From NCBI GenBank assembly GCA_963664325.2, contig CAXXDQ010000003.1, positions 1,088,001 to 1,152,000 on the forward strand: a DNA stretch of 64,000 nucleotides, in the 5' to 3' direction. Position 1 is the stretch's first letter; every line of letters starts with the position of its first letter. Both the position numbers and the translations under genes were made by a program. Shown one piece after another: positions 53,318 to 62,415 of this stretch. A model generated the notes under the pieces. That model was given only the letters and a program-made list of their open reading frames with translations. It made no database searches and was not told the DNA's origin. Source of the DNA: Desulfomonilia bacterium (GTDB lineage: Bacteria > Desulfobacterota > Desulfomonilia > UBA1062).

Positions 53318-53392
53318 CCTTGACAGGAAATCTCCAGATATATTTCATATTAGCAGAGATAACGCGTCAGGTTCTTATATGAGGAGGCAGGC

Positions 53393-54859
53393 ATGGCCGG
53401 GATGATGAGTGCACGCCAGTACGAGGAAAGCCTGAGAAGGCTCAGGCTCAATGTTTTCATGTTCGGAAAAAAGGTTACCGGCATAGTCGACGATCCGATA
53501 ATACGTCCGTCGATGAATGCCGTAGCCGCCACCTATGAATATGCCGGCAGGCCCGAGTATGAAAAAATACTAACCGCCACCTCACACCTGAGCGGAAAGA
53601 AGATCAGCCGTTTCACCCACATCCACCAGAGCACTGAGGATCTGATCAAAAAGAGCAAAATGGGGCGTCTGCTGGGATCGCTCACCGCCTGCTGCTTCCA
53701 GAGGTGCGTGGGGATGGACGCCATGAACGCTTTATCCATCACCACTCATGCAATCGATGAAAAATGCGGAACTGAATACAACAGGCGCTTCCTCAGATTC
53801 CTTGAATATGTCCAGGAAAACGACCTTGTCTGCGACGGGGCCATGACCGACCCAAAGGGCGACCGTTCACTGCCGCCCGGCAAACAGCCTGACCCTGATG
53901 CCTTCCTGCATATCGTGGAAGAACTGCCGGACGGTATTGTCGTAAGCGGTGCAAAGGCTCACCAGACCGGTGCTGTGAATTCGCATGAAATAATAGTCAT
54001 GCCCACGATCACCATGAGGGAGGAAGACAGGAACTATGCGGTTTCATTTGCTCTGCCTAGCGATGCGGAGGGGATCACCTACATCATAGGCCGCCAGTCG
54101 TGTGATACCAGGAAACTCGAGAGCGCGGGCTTTGACCGCGGCAACATGTTCTATGGCGGTCATGAGGCACTGGTGGTCTTCGACAGGGTGTTTGTGCCCT
54201 GGGAACGTGTTTTCATGAAGGGGGAGTGCGAATTTACGACGCAGCTGGTTGAGAACTTTGCCGCCTACCACCGCCAGAGCTACGCGTGCAAGGTGGGTGT
54301 AGGAGATGTCCTGATCGGCGCCGCCCAGACGGCGGCCGAATATAACGGCGCCGAAAAGGCATCCCATGTCAGAGACAAGATAATCGAGATGAACCACCTG
54401 AACGAAACCCTTTACTGCGGCTGCATCGCCTGCGCGGCGGAAGGCGGGAGGCAGCCCGGCGGGACATACCTTGTCGACCTCCTGCTTGCAAATGTGCACA
54501 AACAGAACATTACCCGGCTGCCCTATGAGATTGCAAGGCTTGCCCAGGATATTGCCGGCGGGCTGGTTGTAACATGCCCTTCCGCACAGGACCTTGAGTC
54601 ACCGGAAACAGGGAAATGGGTCGAAAAATACCTGAAGACGAAAGAGAACATCCCGACTGAACACCGGATGAGGATATTAAGGCTCATCGAAAACATCACA
54701 ATGGGTTCTGCCGCTGTTGGCTACCTCACGGAATCTATGCACGGGGCGGGGTCTCCCCAGGCGCAGAGGATTATGATTTCCAGGCTTGTTGATATGAAAA
54801 AGAAGCAGAAGATTGCAAAGGAACTTTGCGGGATAGAAAAGGGCGGTCAGGTCTTATAG
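53393..54859 (+). CDS. abfD: 4-hydroxybutyryl-CoA dehydratase / vinylacetyl-CoA isomerase
   Basis: CFQRC and HRQSYAC cluster-ligand motifs; GAMTDPKGDRS, ESMHGAGSPQAQR. Confidence 0.85.
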   Translation: MAGMMSARQYEESLRRLRLNVFMFGKKVTGIVDDPIIRPSMNAVAATYEYAGRPEYEKILTATSHLSGKKISRFTHIHQSTEDLIKKSKMGRLLGSLTACCFQRCVGMDAMNALSITTHAIDEKCGTEYNRRFLRFLEYVQENDLVCDGAMTDPKGDRSLPPGKQPDPDAFLHIVEELPDGIVVSGAKAHQTGAVNSHEIIVMPTITMREEDRNYAVSFALPSDAEGITYIIGRQSCDTRKLESAGFDRGNMFYGGHEALVVFDRVFVPWERVFMKGECEFTTQLVENFAAYHRQSYACKVGVGDVLIGAAQTAAEYNGAEKASHVRDKIIEMNHLNETLYCGCIACAAEGGRQPGGTYLVDLLLANVHKQNITRLPYEIARLAQDIAGGLVVTCPSAQDLESPETGKWVEKYLKTKENIPTEHRMRILRLIENITMGSAAVGYLTESMHGAGSPQAQRIMISRLVDMKKKQKIAKELCGIEKGGQVL

Positions 54860-54955
54860 TAGAGGCTACTGGTCAAGGTATGGTTTTGCAGGGGCTGATA
54901 AGAACCTCGGTCCGCCTATGGGCATCAGACCCCTGATGAACTTGGAGAGAGGCGA

Positions 54956-56159
54956 ATGATAAACAGGAGCAGGTTTTGTAACAACTTGATGTTTGCATTA
55001 TTGGAAATCATAGTCATTCTGGCAGCGGTCTTCCCGGCATTTGCCGAAGATGCCGGCAATGGATCGACCTATAAAGATAAAACAAAATCAAGAGATAAGT
55101 ATATTTCATCCGAAGACGGATGGTTCGACATCAGCGGCTTCATTGACCAGGCCTACGGCTTTGCGCCTATTATAATGCCCATCACCGAGCCTGCTGTCGG
55201 ATACGGTGCTGCCGGAGCCCTTGCTTTCATAGACAAGCCCAAGGATGAAGTGGAGGAAGCGGGTTTCGGCAGGCCGAATATCACGGTTTGCGGGCGGGGT
55301 TGGGCACCGAGAACGGGACGTGGGGTGTATTCGGAGCCGACGTGAGGCAGTGGCTGGGCGACAGTCTTCAGACTCAGGTCGGGCTTGTGTATGCCTCCGT
55401 AAACCTGGATTTCTACGGCGTCGGGAAAGACAATTTTCTGCAGGAGCATCCGCTCAAGTACAACCTCGAACCGGCAGGAGGCATGGTCAATTTGAAATAC
55501 CGGCTCGGCAGGACGCGTTTCTGGACAGGGCTCAGCTATATGTTTGCAGAGACCCTGGTCACCTTCGACGATCCCATAGATATCCCGAGGATGCCTGATT
55601 TCGAACGCCACTCACGCATCGGAGGACTGACTCCGTCCATTACATTCGATTCAAGAGACAATATGTTCACGCCGACAAAGGGCACGTATATAGAAGGAAC
55701 GGCCGGACTTTTCAGCCAGGCCCTGGGAGGAGACGGCGAGTTCCAGCTGGTAACTCTCGACGCCATCCAGTATCTGCCTGCCTGCAAAGAACTGACGTTC
55801 GGTGTGGATCGGCGGGGCGACCTTCAGCTTCGATGATGTGCCTTTTTACATGAAACCGTACATCGAGCTTAGAGGTGCTCAGGCAATGCGGTATCAGGGG
55901 GATGAGTCCGCGCAGATGGAGGCTGAGCTCAGATGGCAGCTATGGAAGAGGTTCAGCCTCGTCGGTTTTGCCGGTGTCGGTTTCGGCCTGGAACGACTTT
56001 GGAAAATTCAGCCAGGACTCCACAATAGTAACCGGAGGCGCTGGTTTCCGTTATGAACTGGCCCGTAAATACGGGCTGCATATGGGCATAGACCTGGCGT
56101 TCGGGCCTGACGAGCCCATCATCTACGTCCAGTTCGGCAGTGCCTGGCTCAGGCCGTAA
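54956..56159 (+). CDS. Omp85/BamA-TamA-family beta-barrel without POTRA domains; split by frameshifts
   Basis: Fragments 54956, 55288, 55802 and 55875 join: PITEPAVGYG, DSRDNMFTPTKG, LRG...RYQG, GAGFRY, QFGSAW. Confidence 0.8.
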
Positions 56160-56244
56160 GAGACAGAACGAAAAGGGCCTGTAAATTGCAAGCCGCAAGG
56201 CTGTTGAAACAGTTCTTATCCAGCAAAAGTGGGATGATTATCAA

Positions 56245-57213
56245 TTATTTTTTTCCCTCAGGAACAGCGGTTTCAACAATCGGCTTGCCCTGGAAGAAAT
56301 CCATCAGCAGTTGAGCAGTAATGCCGGGCAGCTCTTCCTGCGGCATATGTCCGCATTTGGAGATCTCGACAAATAAAGAGTTCCTTATGTTTTTTTTCAG
56401 ACTGTAACCGCTTTCAATGGGGACCCATCTGTCGGTATCGCCCCAGATAATGAGGGTCGGGGTGCTTATTTCCGGAACGCGTTTGATGTATTTGTCATAT
56501 TCCTTGAAATCGATTCCCTTCACAATGACCATAAGCGCATCCATTGCACCCTCCGAGCGTATCCTGTCATAATAAGCGTTTATCTGTTCATCCGTTATCT
56601 TGTTCTTGTCGTACATGACCTCGCCGATATTCCACCTGATCATCCATTTGCCGTATATGAGCTTCATGATCTCGCCGGCCCCCGGTACCCGGCCGAGGCC
56701 GATGACGGTCGGGAGTTTCTGGGGATATCCGGCCGCATCGACAAGTACGAGCTTCGATATTTTATCGGGGTGCATGAAGGCCATCAGCGTCGCCACCCCG
56801 CCGCCAAAGGAATTGCCCACAAAGTAGACGTCTTTAAGCCCTTTTGCCTCAAGGAATGCATTCACTTCATTTGTGAGCGTCTCGATGTCGTATTTGCTTT
56901 TCTCGGGCTTGTCGCTCCAGCCGAAGCCCTTCATGTCCATGAGCCAGACATGATAGCCGTTTTTCTGTAAGATCGGCGCAACCTTTTCCCAAGTGTACAT
57001 GGAGGAGGGGAGGCCATGCAGGAGGAACACATCCGGGCCGTCGGCCGGGTATTCCTTGTAATGAATATTTGCGCCGTCAATGATTATGAATTTGTCGGCC
57101 TCGGTCCTGCCCGGGATTTCACCTTTGGGTATGGTTTTTACAAAAAGTCCGCAGCCTGATGTGAAGATTAAAGCCAATGAGCACAAAATAAACATTCTTA
57201 TAATATTCTTCAT
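56245..57213 (-). CDS. Alpha/beta hydrolase lipoprotein
   Basis: Lipobox TSGC; LLHG; nucleophile GNSFGG; WGDTD; GHMPQEE. Start moved to the ATG after an AGGAG RBS. Confidence 0.9.
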   Translation of the reverse strand: MKNIIRMFILCSLALIFTSGCGLFVKTIPKGEIPGRTEADKFIIIDGANIHYKEYPADGPDVFLLHGLPSSMYTWEKVAPILQKNGYHVWLMDMKGFGWSDKPEKSKYDIETLTNEVNAFLEAKGLKDVYFVGNSFGGGVATLMAFMHPDKISKLVLVDAAGYPQKLPTVIGLGRVPGAGEIMKLIYGKWMIRWNIGEVMYDKNKITDEQINAYYDRIRSEGAMDALMVIVKGIDFKEYDKYIKRVPEISTPTLIIWGDTDRWVPIESGYSLKKNIRNSLFVEISKCGHMPQEELPGITAQLLMDFFQGKPIVETAVPEGKK

Positions 57214-57339
57214 GTCTTCTCCTATGGGATTATAACAACAGGGTGGGGTTAAAACGTCCAATCGCGTTTTTTTCAAGTGGAAAGGATACATTTTTTTATG
57301 GACTGCTTTGAGCTTTTTCACACCACTCACCACTCATAA

Positions 57340-57999
57340 CTATCCATTGTCCTTGGCCTGCTTCATTATCTCGACGCCTGAACTGGTGCCTATGCGGGTG
57401 GCGCCGGCCGTGATCATTGCCAGGGCGGTCTTGTAATCCCTTATGCCCCCTGAAGCCTTTACTCCGGCCCTGTCACCCACGATGCTTCTCATGAGGGCGA
57501 CATCCTTAAGAGTTGCGCCGCCTGCGGAAAAACCTGTAGATGTCTTGACGAAGCCGGCGCCTGCCTTCATTGAAATCTGGCAGGCCTTGATCTTTTCCTC
57601 GTCGGTCAGAAGGCAGCACTCAATTATGACCTTTACAATGGCCTTGTCCTTTGCGGCGGCAGTTACCGCCCATATTTCCTCTTCCACAACATCGTAGAAT
57701 TTGTCCTTCAGCGCCCCGATATTTATTACCATGTCTATCTCCTGGGCCCCGGAGAAGATCAGCGTATGGGTTTCAAAGGATTTTATCTCGCAGTTTGTTG
57801 CTCCGAGCGGAAATCCTATGACGGCGCATGTCTTTACCCTGCTCTTTTTAAGCTCTCTGCTTACGAGGGGCACATAATAGGGGTTTACGCAAACGGATTT
57901 AAATGCATATTCTTTTGCCTCTCTGCACAGGTTGATTATCTGTGATTCGGTCGCTTCAGGCTTTAATATGGTGTGGTCAATGTACTCGTTTATTTTCAT
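57340..57999 (-). CDS. deoC: Deoxyribose-phosphate aldolase
   Basis: [33 protein letters not shown]. Confidence 0.96.
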   Translation of the reverse strand: MKINEYIDHTILKPEATESQIINLCREAKEYAFKSVCVNPYYVPLVSRELKKSRVKTCAVIGFPLGATNCEIKSFETHTLIFSGAQEIDMVINIGALKDKFYDVVEEEIWAVTAAAKDKAIVKVIIECCLLTDEEKIKACQISMKAGAGFVKTSTGFSAGGATLKDVALMRSIVGDRAGVKASGGIRDYKTALAMITAGATRIGTSSGVEIMKQAKDNG

Positions 58000-58952
58000 T
58001 TTTGTTTCACCTTTTCTGATTTTGTTTTCAAAAGGAGGTTCTCGATCTCGTGACGGAAAGGCATGGAAGGCGCAGTTCCCAGCTTGGTGACGGACAGGGC
58101 GCCCGTCGCATTTGCAAATTGCACGGCCGAGGACAAATCCATTCCGCAGGCCAGCGCCGTTGCGAGTCCGCCGTTGAAGGCGTCACCTGCGCCTGTCGTA
58201 TCCAGGACATCGACTGCAAACGGGTCAATGATATATTCCGCTGATTCCGCCAGTACGAACGCCCCTTTGCCGCCCATCGTTATTATAACGGTTCCGGTGC
58301 CTTTTCTTTTGATAAGATGGGAAGCGATTGCCGCGTCTTCAAATGTTGAGACCTTAATGCCCGAGATGACCGATGCCTCGGTTTCATTGGGCGTGAGGAT
58401 ATCGACCATTGCCAGGAGCTCATCCGGGAGTGGAGACAGCGGGGCCGGCGCAGGATTAAGTATGACCTTTATGCCTTTTGAATGTGCAATCTCCACAGCT
58501 TTGATAATCGCATCCATGTTTGTCTCGAGCTGCACGAGAAGCACGCTGGAACCTTCTATATGAGCACGTGCCGATTCGATCTCGGCAGATGAGATATGAT
58601 CGCATGCCCCCGGCGTGACCAGTATCTGGTTTTCACTCGTGTTTTCATCCACCATGATAAGGGCGGTTCCCGTGGGGTATTCACCGTCCTGCATGATGAA
58701 TGAGGTCTCCATACCCTCTTTGCAGAAGCTGTCCAGGGCGATCTTTGCAAAGGCATCAGTCCCTATTTTGGTGATCATTGTAACTTCTGCGCCTGACCGG
58801 CAGGCCGCCACTCCCTGATTGGAGCCCTTGCCGCCTGGGCCGATTACGAATTGCGAACCCTTGACAGTTTCCCCGTGCACGGGCAGGTGGTGTGCCCGCG
58901 CCATCAGATCGACAATGAAACTACCCATGACGGTTACCCGCGGTTTTGACAT
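57996..58952 (-). CDS. rbsK: Ribokinase
   Basis: [29 protein letters not shown]. Confidence 0.92.
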   Translation of the reverse strand: MSKPRVTVMGSFIVDLMARAHHLPVHGETVKGSQFVIGPGGKGSNQGVAACRSGAEVTMITKIGTDAFAKIALDSFCKEGMETSFIMQDGEYPTGTALIMVDENTSENQILVTPGACDHISSAEIESARAHIEGSSVLLVQLETNMDAIIKAVEIAHSKGIKVILNPAPAPLSPLPDELLAMVDILTPNETEASVISGIKVSTFEDAAIASHLIKRKGTGTVIITMGGKGAFVLAESAEYIIDPFAVDVLDTTGAGDAFNGGLATALACGMDLSSAVQFANATGALSVTKLGTAPSMPFRHEIENLLLKTKSEKVKQK

Positions 58953-58994
58953 CTTTTGCGCTCCCATATTAAATATTGAAGGTGCAAGGATAAG

Positions 58995-59026
58995 AAAAAG
59001 CGGCGCAAAAGACAAGCGCCGCTTTT
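58995..59026 (-). terminator. Rho-independent terminator (possibly bidirectional) after the GH1 gene
   Basis: AAAAGCGGCGC-N9-GCGCCGCTTTT. Confidence 0.75.
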
Positions 59027-59115
59027 GTTTTCATATAAAGTTTTTGTGCCGATCCGGGTGCTGTCCATGCAAAGCACGTATTACCGTATGTGGATAAACT
59101 CACTATCCCGGATGA

Positions 59116-60399
59116 TTATTCCCTGGGTTTATAATCGTCCGGGAGGCCGCGATCGGCAATGATGTCCCTGTATGTCTGGACCGCATCGGTCGGGATGCGC
59201 TCAAGTGCCGGATCGCTCAGGACATTCACGGTATACAGGCCGAAGCGCTCATCATAATCACCCCATTCATAGTTGTCTGTAAGAGACCAGTAGAAATAGC
59301 CTATCACCTTCACTCCCTCGTTCATGGCCTTCTGCATCCAGTAGACATGGGATTTAAGGTGCTCGGACCTCGTCCAGCCGTCCGGCCGCGGCTTGCCGTT
59401 CTCGGTGGCCATTCCGTTTTCAGCGATCATGATGGGCAGACCGGGATATTCCCGGCCGTATTTTTTCAGGGCCTTGTACAGGCCCTCGGGGTATAAGGTG
59501 CAGAGCCACTTCTTTCCGTCGGCCGGCAGCAGGCCATAGAGTGAAGTGAAGTTATAGTAATAGTCTATGGCGAGGAAATCGATCTTGTCGTCTATATCGT
59601 CGAGCACATATTCTCTCTGAATGATATCACTGTTGATAATGAAACCCAGGAGCCAGTGCCTGAACTGCATGTAATACATGTTTGCTGATACAAGGCTTTC
59701 CGGGTCAAGCTTATGGATGAGGTCATAGGCTTTTCTATGGGCAGTGACGATGTTTTCCTTGACCTTGCCGGCGGCGAACGGGTCGATCTTGCCTGGAGCT
59801 GTAAAGCCGACTGCCCAAGACATGATCGGCCATAAATTGGGCTCGTTGAAGGTAATCCAGTACTTAACCCTGTCACCGTAGCGGGCCACCACCAGGTCGA
59901 CGTAGCGAAGGTAGTAGTCTACCACCAGCGGATTCTCCCATCCGCATTCATCCTCCAGCCACTGGGGATAGTTGAAGTGGATAAGGGTCACCACCGGCTG
60001 CATTCCCCCGGCAGTGATGGCGTCGATGAGATCATCGTAGTAGGCCAGGGCGTCCTGATCGATCACACCACGCGCCGGTTCGATCCTGGACCATTCGATG
60101 CTGATCCGGAAGGCATTATTCCCCATGTTTGCAGCAAGATTAATATCTTCTCTATATCGGTGGAGAAAATCAACAGCCAGGCCGACCCTGTCCTTGGTAT
60201 GTCCCTGACTGTCCCATGCAGCCCACACGCTTGTTGTGTCTCCTCCCTCGGACTGAAAGCCCGCGGTTGACACACCCCAAAGAAATTCGGCAGGAAACTT
60301 CTTCAAACAGCCACAGAAAAACAGACACACCAGAAGAAAGGCGAAAGCGGACAACTTACGGTAAGATAAACTCCTCATACCACAATCCCCACTTTTCAT
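59116..60399 (-). CDS. Glycoside hydrolase family 1 with a lipoprotein-type signal
   Basis: FLWGVSTAGFQSEG, RISIEWSRI; catalytic TFNEP and IAENG; WSLTDNYEW; FCG-C lipobox-like site. Alternative start at 60378. Confidence 0.93.
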   Translation of the reverse strand: MKSGDCGMRSLSYRKLSAFAFLLVCLFFCGCLKKFPAEFLWGVSTAGFQSEGGDTTSVWAAWDSQGHTKDRVGLAVDFLHRYREDINLAANMGNNAFRISIEWSRIEPARGVIDQDALAYYDDLIDAITAGGMQPVVTLIHFNYPQWLEDECGWENPLVVDYYLRYVDLVVARYGDRVKYWITFNEPNLWPIMSWAVGFTAPGKIDPFAAGKVKENIVTAHRKAYDLIHKLDPESLVSANMYYMQFRHWLLGFIINSDIIQREYVLDDIDDKIDFLAIDYYYNFTSLYGLLPADGKKWLCTLYPEGLYKALKKYGREYPGLPIMIAENGMATENGKPRPDGWTRSEHLKSHVYWMQKAMNEGVKVIGYFYWSLTDNYEWGDYDERFGLYTVNVLSDPALERIPTDAVQTYRDIIADRGLPDDYKPRE

Positions 60400-60628
60400 T
60401 ATTTAAACGAAGAGATACACAATTATAAATCAAAAAAATTTGCTTCACAAGCTTCCGTCCAAAAACAGATTAAAAGAGACAGATCCAAGAGCTTATTCAT
60501 AAGGCCTGAAAGGAATTATCCTCTTAACCATAACCTGCCAAGTGGACAGAGATAATGAAGAGTGAATCGCCGTCCAGATTAATTGATTCTTCACTGTTTT
60601 GAATTCGCAATTTATGTTCCAAGCCTTG

Positions 60629-60658
60629 TTGACAGGTTCCTTCAGATGAGGATACAAT
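60629..60658 (+). promoter_or_regulatory. Putative sigma70 promoter
   Basis: TTGACA-18 bp-TACAAT. Confidence 0.55.
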
Positions 60659-60729
60659 TGAAAATAATTACATGAGTATTATTGAAACACTTAACCGGAC
60701 AAGGACGAACGTTTTGCGAGGTATCTCAG

Positions 60730-61044
60730 ATGGTAACAGATTTAACAACGAGAGAGCTTATCAGCTATGTTGCCCAGTATGGGTTCAAACATACCGAAGA
60801 GCAGCTGGATAATTTCCTTAATGATCTTTTAATCCAGACCGAGAAGGAACCGTACAGAACAATACTGCATGACCTTGTTTCAATGTATCATGAAGGCAGA
60901 GCAAACCCTCATTGGGTGCATGTTTACAGGTGCGGTGAAGACCAGTTCAAACGTATTCATGAAGTACTCAACAAAGGAGGGGAATTAAAATATATCTGTT
61001 ACTCTCCTTTAAAAGAAAACATAGGGGCAAAGATAAAATTTTAA
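60730..61044 (+). CDS. Hypothetical protein (104 aa)
   Basis: GAGGT RBS, upstream promoter and globular-looking composition; no motif recognised. Confidence 0.6.
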   Translation: MVTDLTTRELISYVAQYGFKHTEEQLDNFLNDLLIQTEKEPYRTILHDLVSMYHEGRANPHWVHVYRCGEDQFKRIHEVLNKGGELKYICYSPLKENIGAKIKF

Positions 61045-61284
61045 TATAAGCTGTAATCCAATGACTAAACGGGAATTATTCTTACAGATGTTGAATGGGT
61101 TTTCAAACACAACCCGATAAAAACTCCTTTTCACCCTGACAGGAAGTATGGATTATGGTCAGCTTTATGGATGGAAAGCCTTTTCCATAGATGTCATCTC
61201 TCGAAAGAATGGACATTACATTCTCTAATTCTCCTGTACCATCTTCCATTAATTATTCTGTTAAGAGCGTTTCAGCCCGCGTTT

Positions 61285-62028
61285 TTATGATCCGAATATC
61301 GATTTGATACACAATTCACCATAGTTGGATATCTGCTCCCATGCGCTTTTCGTATCGAGTGTATTATACGTTGCCGGATTGATCACGCCATAAGGAAACA
61401 TGGTGATGATATTGCCGCGTGCGTAATCAATCATCCAGCAGCTGTCCACATACCGGAAAACCCTGCGGGTTCCCTTCTTCAGATAGGCTGTGTCTCCGGC
61501 TAGATACACGGATCTTTCAAACTGACCGGGATCAAAGGTGTCCATTTCTCCAGCTACCATGCAGTCCCACACATCCGCTTGAGTATAATAGCCGGAAAAA
61601 CCGGTGGCCCCGATGGGAGTACCGAAGAAAGCCACATATTCGTTTGGCGAAGCATATACGACAGCGATATTGCAGATCACATTGCCGGCGGCGTTAAAAG
61701 TCCATTTAAGCGTGTCAGTTATTACACCGGGATGCCTCTGCGCCAGTTCCGCGCGCATCATCTCCCACCTGTCTTTAAGGGGCAGGTTTGCGCCCATGTT
61801 GGCTATGCTCTGGATTTCTTCCGGTGTGAAAACATATTGCGTGCTTTTTCCGCTCGAGCCTATTGTCGTCGTCAGCTTTTTATAAAGTTGATTGACCGAA
61901 TCCATGGTGGGATTTCCATCTGCGGGCAGAGTCGACTGTATTTCAGCTTGTGTACCCTTGGGATCAATGCATCCGGCCGTCATGAGAAAGGGGATGAACA
62001 ATATGATTGACACTATATATCTTTTCAT
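61285..62028 (-). CDS. ERG2 / sigma-1 receptor family protein with a lipoprotein signal
   Basis: GAGGAGG RBS; MTAG-C lipobox; EL..RHPG, WTFNAAG, ASPNEY..FFGT.IG..GFSG.Y, WMIDYARG. Confidence 0.85.
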   Translation of the reverse strand: MKRYIVSIILFIPFLMTAGCIDPKGTQAEIQSTLPADGNPTMDSVNQLYKKLTTTIGSSGKSTQYVFTPEEIQSIANMGANLPLKDRWEMMRAELAQRHPGVITDTLKWTFNAAGNVICNIAVVYASPNEYVAFFGTPIGATGFSGYYTQADVWDCMVAGEMDTFDPGQFERSVYLAGDTAYLKKGTRRVFRYVDSCWMIDYARGNIITMFPYGVINPATYNTLDTKSAWEQISNYGELCIKSIFGS

Positions 62029-62415
62029 AAAAACCTCCTCAGGAATTTAATGGCTAAAATCAGCTGAACCGTATCCCGATGCAAAATACCATGAATTTGA
62101 ATTACTGTTAAAACATAAATATGAAGAATCTGAAATTTACATATACAATATCCGGCGAAATTATTGGGGTCCCGGAAATCATGGATGTGCAGGATAAACG
62201 CAATTCAATTGATCTCAAATCATTGATGATCATAACGCAAGATTTTGTAGAAATTGCATCCTTTAATGAAACATGTGGATTGAACAAATATAAAAATGTA
62301 TGTTGGGTTTGATTAAAATGGCAGATTAACCTGTAGAAAACTTTTATCGGGTGGCTTTAAGGCAGGGGCTGAAAAAATACTTAAGATAACACGAAAATTA
62401 TTTATATACGGGGAA

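Noticed and set aside
59089-59097. Perfect DnaA box TGTGGATAA
   Set aside because: A single isolated 9-mer is compatible with chance in 64 kb.
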